From a virus: 64,000 bases of DNA. How positions within the stretch are numbered: the first letter of the stretch is position 1; each line of letters begins with the position of its first letter. The notes below the pieces were generated by a model that saw nothing but the letters and a program-made list of their open reading frames with translations, ran no database searches and was not told where the DNA came from. The position numbers and the translations under genes are program-made. Positions 9,099-17,592 of the stretch are shown one piece after another. The stretch covers positions 4,223 to 68,222 of the IMG/VR virus record IMGVR_UViG_3300031962_000003; one strand, written 5' to 3'.

Positions 9099-9410
9099 TT
9101 ATTTCCTACGAATCGGACCCGACGCCGGCGCGGTCTGCTGCTTGAGACGCCGGCGGACAGACCGCTTCAGTTCCGCACGGGCCTTGATCTCATCCGCGTG
9201 CTCCACCTTGTACCGGTCGAGGTACTCCTTCCGGTCCGCCGGCATCTCCGGGCCCTTCACGCCAATGAGACGACGGGCGAGCCGCTTCGCCGACTCGTCC
9301 TGGCCCTGCCGGCGGAGCTCGCTCACGCGGGCCCACTCCTTCGACCTGCAGGCGTGCTCCTCGAGCTCCTTCACGTTCGCCACCTTCGACTTACAGGATC
9401 CACACACCAT
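9099..9410 (-). CDS. hypothetical basic protein with N-terminal CxxC
   Basis: SD GGAGG; MVCGSCK...HAC. Confidence 0.5.
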   Translation of the reverse strand: MVCGSCKSKVANVKELEEHACRSKEWARVSELRRQGQDESAKRLARRLIGVKGPEMPADRKEYLDRYKVEHADEIKARAELKRSVRRRLKQQTAPASGPIRRK

Positions 9411-9498
9411 ATCTCGTCCTCCTTCTGTTGGACGGCCGACGCGCGGCCGCCCGACGGAAGGCCCAGGCTCCCTGTGAGGGCCCGGGCCCGGAGTGGGG

Positions 9499-9951
9499 CT
9501 ACAGTGGTCTGGGAATATGGTCGACGAGCGGCGCGGACGGGCCGACGGCCGGCGAGTGCCGCTCCCGCCAGAGCTCGTTCGAGGCCTCCATCTGAAGGGA
9601 TTTGACCTTGTCGGCGAGCTTCTGGGAGTCGAGCCAGGCCTTGTACCCTGGCATGTGCTTCCGGCTCGTGATCGGCGCGGAAAGCTGCCGGATCCGGTTG
9701 CACCACTCGTCGACGTAGTACGGGGCCAGGTGCTCGCGCTCATGGATGATCACCACGCCGCCGTGCGCTTCCTTGAGGGCGCAGACGCCGATCCGACGTG
9801 AGTTGACCTCCTCGCTCTGGATCCAGGTGACCTTGCCGCGGACGAGCTCGCGCAGGGCGATCTCGTGGACGTTCAAGGACTTCCGCGCGACCTCCTCGTT
9901 GATCTCCGCGTCCGTCCAGGTCGGGAAGCGGTGCTTACGGGGCTTACCCAT
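9499..9951 (-). CDS. hypothetical protein
   Basis: SD AAGGAGG, operon packing. Confidence 0.55.
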   Translation of the reverse strand: MGKPRKHRFPTWTDAEINEEVARKSLNVHEIALRELVRGKVTWIQSEEVNSRRIGVCALKEAHGGVVIIHEREHLAPYYVDEWCNRIRQLSAPITSRKHMPGYKAWLDSQKLADKVKSLQMEASNELWRERHSPAVGPSAPLVDHIPRPL

Positions 9952-10183
9952 TGGAACCCTCCTTCTGATTGTTGATCTCGACCAGCAAGGTCTCGTAGAT
10001 CTGCCGGAGCTCCGGAAGGACCTCCAGCGCCTCCTCAGCGGCGTCCGTCCTGGGCCCGTCGTCGTAGATCTTCTCGGCGGCCCGCAGCGCCCGGGAAGCC
10101 TTGCAGAACTTCACGTAGAGCTCCTCCGGGGCGATGTACTGCAGATCGGATCTGAGCTTCCGGACGATGTCGTGCGGGGTCAT
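9944..10183 (-). CDS. hypothetical protein
   Basis: Overlapping start/stop chain. Confidence 0.5.
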   Translation of the reverse strand: MTPHDIVRKLRSDLQYIAPEELYVKFCKASRALRAAEKIYDDGPRTDAAEEALEVLPELRQIYETLLVEINNQKEGSNG

Positions 10184-10365
10184 AGCCGCATCTCCTTCTC
10201 GACCTCAAGGAGCGCGTTTGTGTACGCCTGGTCGAGTCCAAGGACCTTGAGCGCCATGATCGCCATCTGGTACTTCGCGCCGAACTGCGTCGCGAGGTAC
10301 TGGATTGCGCGCCGGAGCTTCCGCTTCCGGAATTCGTGTTCGACCGACTCCGGTAATTTCCTCAC
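10180..10365 (-). CDS. hypothetical protein
   Basis: GTGA overlap, SD GGAGG. Confidence 0.5.
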   Translation of the reverse strand: MRKLPESVEHEFRKRKLRRAIQYLATQFGAKYQMAIMALKVLGLDQAYTNALLEVEKEMRL

Positions 10366-10574
10366 AGCTGCGCCTCCTTCAAGCTCTCGTCGAGCCTGGC
10401 CCACTCCGTGTCGATGTCCGGGGTGATCGGAATGTCGAAGTGGTGGATGTCCCAGCAGCGCCGGCAGACCCCGTGCGAGGTTTTCCCGGCCTGCTCCGGA
10501 GAGCACGGACGGTAGCCCATCAGCTTCCGGCAGCGCTGGCAGGCGACCTTCAAGACCTGGCGCGCGGCGCTCAC
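10362..10574 (-). CDS. small Zn-finger protein
   Basis: CQRC...SHGVCRRC. Confidence 0.55.
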   Translation of the reverse strand: MSAARQVLKVACQRCRKLMGYRPCSPEQAGKTSHGVCRRCWDIHHFDIPITPDIDTEWARLDESLKEAQL

Positions 10575-10960
10575 AGCGCCCTCACCCGCGGGGTCAGCTG
10601 CAGGCCGCAGTCCGTGCAGGCCTCGCTGAGCGGCGTGGAGACCTTCGTGTCGGCGTCGTACCTCGTCGAGGTCGCGACGCGGTGCTCGTGCGGGCAGACC
10701 GCCTGCAGCTTGAGCTTCGCTTTCCTCGCGTGGGCCCGCGCCAGGGCGCGCACCGCGCGGAGACGCCCCTCGACCACGAGGACCTGCTTCATGGCCACCT
10801 CGAAGTCGAGGTACTCGCCGGACCTCTCGGCGGCCCCGAGACGCTGCTTGAGAACAGGGATCTGCCGCTCCAGGTCGATGAACTTGTCCCACATGTTCGC
10901 CACTGTAATCCTCCTTCCTAGTTCCGAAAACGGTAGTTTCTCCTTCGTGAATCTCCACAA
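10571..10960 (-). CDS. coiled-coil protein with C-terminal Zn ribbon
   Basis: TTG after GGAG; CPHEH...CTDCG. Confidence 0.5.
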   Translation of the reverse strand: MWRFTKEKLPFSELGRRITVANMWDKFIDLERQIPVLKQRLGAAERSGEYLDFEVAMKQVLVVEGRLRAVRALARAHARKAKLKLQAVCPHEHRVATSTRYDADTKVSTPLSEACTDCGLQLTPRVRAL

Positions 10961-11016
10961 AGCGTCTCCGGGATCCGCGCGGCGGCCATGGCGGCCGCCG
11001 GCGGGTCCTAGGGGCG

Positions 11017-11769
11017 CTAGTTGCTGGACAGCGCGATCCCGCAGGCCGTGTCCATGAGCCCGTGAAGCGCCTGGGTCGCGACAGGGCGCTGGAAGAGCGA
11101 GCTGCCTTTCAGCGTCTCGGTGAAGGCGTTGAAGAGCCTCCAGACGTTCCGGCTCTTGGCGAACTCCGGGTGGCTGGGCGCGCGCCACTCCGCGAGGACC
11201 CGGGGGATCTGGGTGACCGGGACGATCCGCTGATCGAACGCCTGGACGACCAGGTCGTGCGCCTGCGCGGCCGTGAGCTCCTGGCCCTTGTACGTCGAGA
11301 TCCGACGGTCCTGGCTCCGGCGGGCGTCGCCGAGCTGCCCGATCGCGCTGCTGATCAGGGTCGGCAGGTCCCGGTCGACGTGCCGGGTGTGCTTCCGATC
11401 GATCCGGATGTCGCTGGAGAAGGACAGGTTCGAGCAGACGTGGACGCCGGCCCCGACCGCCAGGCCCGCCACGATCGACTTGTCGTGGCTGTTCCGGAGC
11501 CCGATCACCAGGGAGTAGTCCTCGTCGACCCGGCGCAGGTCCATCACCTGCAGGAGGCCGAAGTACCGCTCGCCCTCACGGGACAGGCAGTGAGCCTCGT
11601 TCACGACCTCCAGGCCGGCGCGCCGCAGGGTCGCGTCCACCTGGGAGAGCAGCCGCCCGTGCGCGATCGGGTACCAGCGGCCGTCGGCCGCCGGCGTCTT
11701 GACCGCGTCGACGAGCTCGCGCGTGACCTTGGGATCTCCGCCACCGATGTACAGGTCCAGCTTCTGCAT
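11017..11769 (-). CDS. DUF932-family protein
   Basis: PIAH, YFGLL, IGLRNSHDKS, VCSNL, RKHT, WRLFNAFTE; SD GGAG. Confidence 0.8.
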   Translation of the reverse strand: MQKLDLYIGGGDPKVTRELVDAVKTPAADGRWYPIAHGRLLSQVDATLRRAGLEVVNEAHCLSREGERYFGLLQVMDLRRVDEDYSLVIGLRNSHDKSIVAGLAVGAGVHVCSNLSFSSDIRIDRKHTRHVDRDLPTLISSAIGQLGDARRSQDRRISTYKGQELTAAQAHDLVVQAFDQRIVPVTQIPRVLAEWRAPSHPEFAKSRNVWRLFNAFTETLKGSSLFQRPVATQALHGLMDTACGIALSSN

Positions 11770-11808
11770 AGCAATCTCCTTCCGTGAGGCACTCGCCTCA
11801 TCTACCAG

Positions 11809-11838
11809 AGTATATAACCACGGTACTGTGGGTGTCAA
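11809..11838 (-). promoter_or_regulatory. sigma70-type promoter
   Basis: TTGACA-N18-TATACT on the - strand upstream of the DUF932 gene. Confidence 0.7.
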
Positions 11839-11854
11839 GTAGAAAACGGAATTC

Positions 11855-11878
11855 TGCACAGAATGGGGATTCTGTGCC
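11855..11878. repeat. 24-bp 9-6-9 site (motif 1)
   Basis: tGCACAGAA-tgggga-TTCTGTGCC. Confidence 0.8.
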
Positions 11879-11896
11879 ACTGGGAGATGGGTATTT

Positions 11897-12343
11897 CTAC
11901 CTGGAGGGGTGCTTTGGTGGCGCTCCGAAGTAGCCCTTGTAGGCCTTGGCGTATGCCCTGGCGGCTTCCTCTTCCGTCTCGAAGATCCCGAGCGTTAGGC
12001 GAGCTGTCCACCTTTCACCGAGACGTCCAACGCCTCGATACCTCGAGGCCGCATTCCGGTGCTTCCGTCCATTCCTGGTATTGACCGAGCGACTGGTTGG
12101 CGTGATGTTCTTCCTCTGGTTGTTCAGGCCATCCCCGTCCTCGTGGTCGACCATCCCGACTCCAGTGGTGAGTCCGAGAATGAACCGGTGGAGACGGGTC
12201 CACCGTCCGTTGACTCGACCTTTCACGTAGATCAGGCCGTTTGGCCTTGGATCCGGGAACCAGCTATACTTCGAGACGCGCTCGAAGTCCTCGTCGTCGA
12301 CGAGCGCCGACAGGCCTTCCTTTCCGACCGGCACACGTTTCAT
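11897..12343 (-). CDS. HNH endonuclease with AP2 domain
   Basis: ALVDDEDF...LHRFI...VDHEDGDGLNNQRKN; SRYRGV...LGIFETEEEAARAY. Confidence 0.85.
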   Translation of the reverse strand: MKRVPVGKEGLSALVDDEDFERVSKYSWFPDPRPNGLIYVKGRVNGRWTRLHRFILGLTTGVGMVDHEDGDGLNNQRKNITPTSRSVNTRNGRKHRNAASRYRGVGRLGERWTARLTLGIFETEEEAARAYAKAYKGYFGAPPKHPSR

Positions 12344-12462
12344 ACGTCCTCTAAAACCTCACTAGAGGCCTCTTTCCTCTCCAAGACCCGTGGTCCGGAG
12401 GCCTTTGGCGGGCCCCCAGAACGATCAGACGCTCCAGGTCCGACCTCCAGGACCTCCGCCCG

Positions 12463-12504
12463 TTAAAAGGCCGCGGGGCCGGCATCCCTGGCGGCCCCGC
12501 GGCC
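12463..12504 (-). terminator. rho-independent terminator
   Basis: 13-bp GC stem 12469-12481/12492-12504 followed by TTTTAA on the - strand. Confidence 0.7.
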
Positions 12505-12524
12505 CCACACGGAGGATCATGAGC

Positions 12525-13520
12525 CTAGAGAGGGTAGAACTGGCCGTCGAGTGGGTTCCGACGCATGACAGCCTGAGGAGCGTCGACGTTGCCGAAGAGG
12601 CCTCCAGGGACGGCCGGCTGCAGGTACTGGACCGCCCCTGGCTGGCGATCCCACCAGGGCTCTTGCCAGACCTGCCCGTCAGGTCCTACGTTATCGTCGC
12701 CGTCGTCGAAGTCCTGATCGCCGAACCACACGGGATCAGGCTGCTGCTCTTCAGCCCGGTCGAGCTCAACCTGGACCTCTTCAGCGATCCGCTCCCGAAG
12801 ATCCTGGGCGATCCCGTCGCCGGCGGGCTGGATGTAGTCCGCCAGGCCGCCCTGGGCGTTTCCGTGGCCGTAGTACGCCATATGCGAGCGCCGGCGGCGG
12901 TGGGACGACTGGAAGCTATCCAGGGCTTCCCGGTAGTTGAGCGTCGATCGAGCGATCGCGAGCTCGACCACGCCGGCCTCGACCGTTTCGAGGCTTTGGA
13001 TCTCTCGTTCCAGCTCGATTGGATCCGGAGCGTCGAACCGTACCGTTGGGTGGAGGTGACGGTGGTCTTTCGGTATGAACTGGTAGGTGTACGGGTTCGT
13101 GACATTCTCCGTCGACCGAGGCCTCTTGCCCGGGCCGTGGTACCACGGCCCGTGGGGCGACCGGTTCCCGATCCGCCGGAACTCCGCCTCCTCGCCCTCG
13201 AGCATCGCCTTCAGGACGACGACGTTGTCGGTCCCGGGGACGCCGAAGTGCGGGCCGATCGAGATGCACCAGCTGGCGACCTCGACGCCGTCCTCGAGTT
13301 CTCCGACGCGGCCGCGCCGACGGATCAGGAAGATCGTCCCGGTCAGGTTCCCGCGCGCCGGCATGTCGCCGGTGTGACAGTAGATGGCGAATCGGTACGG
13401 GTCACAGACCGACTCGAGGAGCTCCATGGCGCGACGTTCCGGCACGTCGACCTGGCCGACAGCAAGCGCAGTCCAGTAGCTGTACTGGGCGCGATCGCCC
13501 CAGCCGTTGCCACGGCGCAC
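12525..13520 (-). CDS. hypothetical protein, partner of GG-ending protein (Cys-containing N-domain)
   Basis: ERRAMELL...WCI...VPGTDNVVVLKAMLEGEEAEFRRIGN; 3 nt from the upstream gene. Confidence 0.6.
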   Translation of the reverse strand: MRRGNGWGDRAQYSYWTALAVGQVDVPERRAMELLESVCDPYRFAIYCHTGDMPARGNLTGTIFLIRRRGRVGELEDGVEVASWCISIGPHFGVPGTDNVVVLKAMLEGEEAEFRRIGNRSPHGPWYHGPGKRPRSTENVTNPYTYQFIPKDHRHLHPTVRFDAPDPIELEREIQSLETVEAGVVELAIARSTLNYREALDSFQSSHRRRRSHMAYYGHGNAQGGLADYIQPAGDGIAQDLRERIAEEVQVELDRAEEQQPDPVWFGDQDFDDGDDNVGPDGQVWQEPWWDRQPGAVQYLQPAVPGGLFGNVDAPQAVMRRNPLDGQFYPL

Positions 13521-13523
13521 GGT

Positions 13524-13985
13524 TTAGCCGCCGCCGACCTTCGAGGAAGTCGTGACGGACTTCTTCTCGTCGGCCTTGAACTCGCCGGGCTCCCGGAGGA
13601 TCTTCCAGGTCCCGTCTTTCTGGGCCTCGAAGACCATCTTGCCGTCCTTGATTTCGCCGTTGATCATCTCCTCGCACAGGAGCTTGACCTTCTTCGGCTC
13701 GCCCTCGAGCAGGACCTCGCCCTTCTTCCCCTGGAAGATGCCGGGCAGCTTCGTGACCGCGTCCGCGGCCTTCCCGTCGGCGTCGACGTTGAAGGCCTTG
13801 AAGCCGAAGAGCTGCGAGGTCTGGATCAAGCTCTTGATCAGGCCGCGCTCGACGACGCCGGTCTCCGCCCACTTGACGCGGACCGAGTCCTTCGTGAAGG
13901 ACAGCTCGGTGTGGCCGTTGTGGCCCGTGACGTTCAGCTGGACGTCGACGGCCGGCTCGGCCGCGTGATTCTGGATCGTTTCCAT
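13524..13985 (-). CDS. protein ending VGGG (ubiquitin-like C-terminus candidate)
   Basis: SD GAAAGGA; C-terminal SSKVGGG-stop. Confidence 0.65.
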   Translation of the reverse strand: METIQNHAAEPAVDVQLNVTGHNGHTELSFTKDSVRVKWAETGVVERGLIKSLIQTSQLFGFKAFNVDADGKAADAVTKLPGIFQGKKGEVLLEGEPKKVKLLCEEMINGEIKDGKMVFEAQKDGTWKILREPGEFKADEKKSVTTSSKVGGG

Positions 13986-14009
13986 GGCAGTTTCCTTTCT
14001 CTGAGTACT

Positions 14010-14387
14010 CTACCCGCCCAGTATATCATCGTTTTGAGGGGCCGGAACAGCTCCAGGAACCTCGACAGGATCAGCGACGACCCCACCATCCCCTAACCCT
14101 CCGGGCGCAGGGGGGAGCATGTACGGCGCTGGGCCGGCGGCGTACGGATTCGGGCGAGGTCTCGGCGCGGCCGTCTTCGGGTAGACCGTGTCGACCGAGA
14201 CCAGGTCGAGGATGGACTTCATTCGCATCCGGATCCGGACCCGGTCGTTCAGGTCCTTCTGGGTGATGAACTGCTGCATCAGCTCCTTCATGATCTCGGG
14301 AGTGCCGTCGACCATCTCCTGGACCTTGCTGCCGATGAGCGCCTGGGCCGCCGGCGCGGTCGCCGCTGATGCCTTTTCTTCCGTCAC
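14010..14387 (-). CDS. hypothetical protein, Pro-rich tail ending LGG
   Basis: GTGA overlap; ends DDILGG-stop. Confidence 0.55.
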   Translation of the reverse strand: MTEEKASAATAPAAQALIGSKVQEMVDGTPEIMKELMQQFITQKDLNDRVRIRMRMKSILDLVSVDTVYPKTAAPRPRPNPYAAGPAPYMLPPAPGGLGDGGVVADPVEVPGAVPAPQNDDILGG

Positions 14388-14653
14388 GGTAATCTCCCCC
14401 TGGTAAGCTGTCCGATCATATCCGTCACCACGGTCATTATCTTCGAGTCCTTCGTCAGCGTGATCTGGTCGTCGAAGTACCGATTGAAGAGGTCCCGGGC
14501 GATGTCGACCCGGCGCTCGGGGTCCGCCTCCATGAACTCGCCCTTCTGACCTTCCGAGAGGATCTCGTCGGCGACCTTGAGGCAACGCTTGTAGATCCCG
14601 GCGTAGCCGTCCAGGATCTTCGCGACTTTGTCCTCTGTCGTCTTCTCAGCCAC
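14384..14653 (-). CDS. hypothetical protein
   Basis: SD GGAGG before GTG. Confidence 0.55.
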   Translation of the reverse strand: MAEKTTEDKVAKILDGYAGIYKRCLKVADEILSEGQKGEFMEADPERRVDIARDLFNRYFDDQITLTKDSKIMTVVTDMIGQLTRGRLP

Positions 14654-14661
14654 GATTCCTC

Positions 14662-15105
14662 CTAGTCTTCTCTGATACTGGCCCAGCGCTCGAGGGAGTC
14701 TCGGAGCTCCATCGGGAGATCCGGGTTCGTTATCTTCATGGCCTGTTCGAGCGACATCCCCTGAGTCACGACCAGGAGCGCCGCGGTCACCGCCATCGAT
14801 CGATTCTGGCCGGCCGCGCAGTGGACTAGGACACGGTCAACGGCCCGGTAGAAGCCGATCGCCGCCTCGAAGCAGGCGGGCCCCGTCGGGATCGACTCCT
14901 CGATCGGGAGCATGAGCCTCGGGATCGTCGGATCGTACGGGACGGCGATCTCCCAGGCCGTGTTGATGACGCCGCCGATCAGATGCTTCTTCCAGCGACC
15001 GTCCATGCCGCAGAGGAACCTGGCGGCGGCCTGGTCGCCCTGCAGGATCTTCCCTTGTGCGTACCTCTTCACCTTGACGGGTGGCTCGGCCATGCTAGCC
15101 CTCAC
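14662..15105 (-). CDS. dual-specificity/tyrosine phosphatase family protein
   Basis: CX5R loop VLVHCAAGQNRS. Confidence 0.85.
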   Translation of the reverse strand: MRASMAEPPVKVKRYAQGKILQGDQAAARFLCGMDGRWKKHLIGGVINTAWEIAVPYDPTIPRLMLPIEESIPTGPACFEAAIGFYRAVDRVLVHCAAGQNRSMAVTAALLVVTQGMSLEQAMKITNPDLPMELRDSLERWASIRED

Positions 15106-15394
15106 TTTCCACCCCCGGTCGCTTCTCCCAACAGTCGCACAAAGTCAGAAGTGTTTCAAGCTCTTTGACCTGGAAGATCAGGCCTTCGCCGGAACAGCGC
15201 TCGCACTTCGGATCCGCCTGGCGCTTCCACCGGTCCCGCATCTCCTGCGTGATCACGATCGTGCAGCGGAAGTTCTCCGTCGACGAGATTCGCCGGGCTC
15301 TACGAGCCGGCACGAACGAGCTCCAGGGGGCCGGCTTCAGGCTGCCCTGGAAGTTCGGGAGCGGGAGCGGGAGCTGTCCGTCGTTCGGCGTCAC
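15095..15394 (-). CDS. hypothetical protein with Zn ribbon
   Basis: CERCSGEG...CDC. Confidence 0.5.
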   Translation of the reverse strand: MTPNDGQLPLPLPNFQGSLKPAPWSSFVPARRARRISSTENFRCTIVITQEMRDRWKRQADPKCERCSGEGLIFQVKELETLLTLCDCWEKRPGVESEG

Positions 15395-15969
15395 CCCGTA
15401 ATCCTCGGCTTGATGATCTGCTCGGACCGCTTCCCGGACGCGAAGATCACGACCACGTACGACCAGTTGAACATGCCGACCGCCGGGTCGATCTCCGCCC
15501 GGAGCATCCGGATCGCCTGCGCCAGGTCCGGCAGGCAGGTCGGACAGCGGTAGAACGGGTGGTCCTTGTCGCCGACCATGAGCGTCCGCGTCGACGGCTG
15601 CTGGCCGAGCGCCTTCAGCTGCTCCCGCCAGACCTGGAGACCCTTCGGGTCGTTCTTGAGAGAGTCCGGTGGCTTCTGGAGGAGCTCCGGACACTCGAAC
15701 TCGAGCTGGACGATCGGCTCCTCGAGCTGGCCCTTGCACTTCGGGCACTGGCCGACGCGGATGTCCTTGAGCATCTTCCCGGGGATGGTCTTCACCGTCC
15801 GCATCTCGTTCAGGTAGACCTCCTGGACGTCGTCCCGGTCGGCGACCTCCCGGGCGAAGTCGTTCGCCTTGTCCTGGTTGTCGTACCGGGTCATCAGTCC
15901 GTCCTTGTCGGTCGGCTGCTCGACGATCCCGTCAGCCCGGAGCATCCACACTTCGTACGAGGTCTGCAT
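15391..15969 (-). CDS. hypothetical protein (YEVW domain + Zn finger)
   Basis: SD AAGGAG; CPKC, CPTC; N-terminus resembles the adjacent gene. Confidence 0.55.
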   Translation of the reverse strand: MQTSYEVWMLRADGIVEQPTDKDGLMTRYDNQDKANDFAREVADRDDVQEVYLNEMRTVKTIPGKMLKDIRVGQCPKCKGQLEEPIVQLEFECPELLQKPPDSLKNDPKGLQVWREQLKALGQQPSTRTLMVGDKDHPFYRCPTCLPDLAQAIRMLRAEIDPAVGMFNWSYVVVIFASGKRSEQIIKPRITG

Positions 15970-15994
15970 GGCTATCGTCTCCTTCTTCTGGTCT

Positions 15995-16324
15995 CTAAAT
16001 CTCGGTCGGTGAACGCCACTCACGCTTCGGCTTCGGCTCCTTCGAAGCAGGTTCGTCACCATCGAGTTCCTCGCGCGTGACACGAGTCTTCCCGACGGCG
16101 TTCAGGCGTAGATACGGGATCCTTTTGACGACGACGACCTCCCAGTTGTCAGGCTGGTCGGCAGCGACGTTGGCGGCCGCCAGCGCATCGTTCGGGTTCT
16201 CGAAGACGCCGCCGTTGTCCTTCGCCGGGTCGATGATCCGGACCCAGTCGCGCTGCTTCGTCTCGGCGTTCAGCGCGGCCTTCTGGGCCCAGACCTCGTA
16301 GGTGTCCTGCTCGCCCTTCGCCAC
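15995..16324 (-). CDS. hypothetical protein (YEVW domain)
   Basis: SD GAGGA; paralogous to the N-terminus of 15391-15969. Confidence 0.55.
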   Translation of the reverse strand: MAKGEQDTYEVWAQKAALNAETKQRDWVRIIDPAKDNGGVFENPNDALAAANVAADQPDNWEVVVVKRIPYLRLNAVGKTRVTREELDGDEPASKEPKPKREWRSPTEI

Positions 16325-16335
16325 GGCATCCTCCT

Positions 16336-16686
16336 CTACTTCTCGGACGACCGACGACGAACAGTCGGACCCGTCGGGCCGCCGGGGGCCGGCGGAGCCT
16401 CAACGACGCTGCCGACGGGGTGCGGGTCGTCCTCGAGGAAGTCATCCTCGACGGCGATCGCCACGGGGTTCACCGAGAACTCTTCGAGGGAGATCCAGAC
16501 GAGCGGCCGGCGGTCCTCCGCGGTCGACTCGGCGGAGGCGAACAGGACCTCGTCGCCATCCTTCCGGACCGCGAGGATCGCGCCCTCCTCGTAGACGACA
16601 TCGATGATCGGCTTCCCGTCCTCGATCTTCGAGTTCTTTTTGGCACGGAAACCGATCGGACCGGCCGGCAACCAGAGCACGTCCAT
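16336..16686 (-). CDS. hypothetical protein
   Basis: SD AGGGAG before ATG. Confidence 0.55.
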   Translation of the reverse strand: MDVLWLPAGPIGFRAKKNSKIEDGKPIIDVVYEEGAILAVRKDGDEVLFASAESTAEDRRPLVWISLEEFSVNPVAIAVEDDFLEDDPHPVGSVVEAPPAPGGPTGPTVRRRSSEK

Positions 16687-16697
16687 GCGATTCTCCC

Positions 16698-16726
16698 TTG
16701 CTTTACGAAGTTTCCAGGACTAGACT
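16698..16726 (+). promoter_or_regulatory. sigma70-type promoter pointing into an intergenic structured region
   Basis: TTGCTT-N17-TAGACT. Confidence 0.6.
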
Positions 16727-16732
16727 ACCCAC

Positions 16733-16925
16733 ATGAGGTAAGCTCACGCGGGGAGACGGAGGAAGGCGCAGGGATCTGCGCCCTCTTCTGTTTCCCCCTC
16801 TCTCCAGGGCTAGGCCGCCTTTGAAAGGGAATGAGCTGCCCGCCTGTTGCGGACGGTAAAAACCTCGAAGCGGTGGCCTGGCTCCAATTGGGGAGCTGTA
16901 AGCAGCTCTCCAGTTGGAGCCAAAA
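16733..16925 (+). ncRNA. putative pseudoknotted ncRNA (~190 nt)
   Basis: Long hairpins 16750-16797 and 16880-16921 whose G-U pairs favour the + strand; long-range pairings; own promoter. Confidence 0.6.
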
Positions 16926-16927
16926 TC

Positions 16928-17401
16928 TCAGGGGAAGTTCAGGCACGAAAACCCTCCTTGTACTTTCATTGCCACCTTGTCATAGGCGCGCGCGGCCTTA
17001 ACTTCTGAGTCAAAGACACCGAGAGACCGTGTCTTCCCGTCGATCTTTATGTTCGCACGCCAACCGCTTCTGTCAGCCGCGTAGTACACACCCTTGAATC
17101 GTTTCCCTGTGGAAGGCCTACGGTTCCTTCTGTTTTGCGTCCCCGTGCAGATCCTCAGGTTACGACGCCTGTTGTCGAGCCCGTCATGGTTCCTATGGTC
17201 AACTTCCTTCCCCTTTGGAGATCCAGCGATGAGTCGATGCATGAAGATTGTCCCACGCGCCCCGGACTCGAACCTAACGTTTGCCTGCGCATACCAGGTC
17301 CCGTTTTTACTCCTCTTCGCGAACCACTTGAACGGGCAGACGATGTAGTAATCGACCTTGTTGATGGTTGCGTACTTTCCAAGATTCAGGCTAATTCTCA
17401 C
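16928..17401 (-). CDS. HNH endonuclease with AP2 domain
   Basis: MHRLI...VDHRNHDGLDNRRRNLR; FKGV...WRANI...LGVFDSEVKAARAYD. Confidence 0.85.
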   Translation of the reverse strand: MRISLNLGKYATINKVDYYIVCPFKWFAKRSKNGTWYAQANVRFESGARGTIFMHRLIAGSPKGKEVDHRNHDGLDNRRRNLRICTGTQNRRNRRPSTGKRFKGVYYAADRSGWRANIKIDGKTRSLGVFDSEVKAARAYDKVAMKVQGGFSCLNFP

Positions 17402-17592
17402 AGCCCCGTCACCCGCTTCCAGATCTCGACAAGCTTCTTCTCCTGGTCCACGGACAGTGCAAGGTCGAAGGCAAGCAACCCGTTCATGTCGTTCAGGAAT
17501 TTGTCTTCCCACTCCGTGATCTCGGCGCGATCCTCGGTGACCTCCCGGTAGATCACCTCGATCATGTTCGCCAGGTCCTTCGCGTCACTCAC
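17398..17592 (-). CDS. hypothetical protein
   Basis: ITEWEDKFL...LSVDQEKKL, overlap chain. Confidence 0.55.
   Translation of the reverse strand: MSDAKDLANMIEVIYREVTEDRAEITEWEDKFLNDMNGLLAFDLALSVDQEKKLVEIWKRVTGL

Noticed and set aside
12390-14096. Long + strand ORFs opposite - strand genes (also 34099-35871, 46489-48609) and long - strand ORFs opposite + genes (48913-50721, 51953-53464, 59700-62048)
   Set aside because: Antisense shadow frames expected at high GC3; no motifs or RBS
16733-16925. tRNA, tmRNA or rRNA fragment
   Set aside because: No cloverleaf, T-loop or CCA end and no tag reading frame; resemblance to rRNA is limited to a few bases
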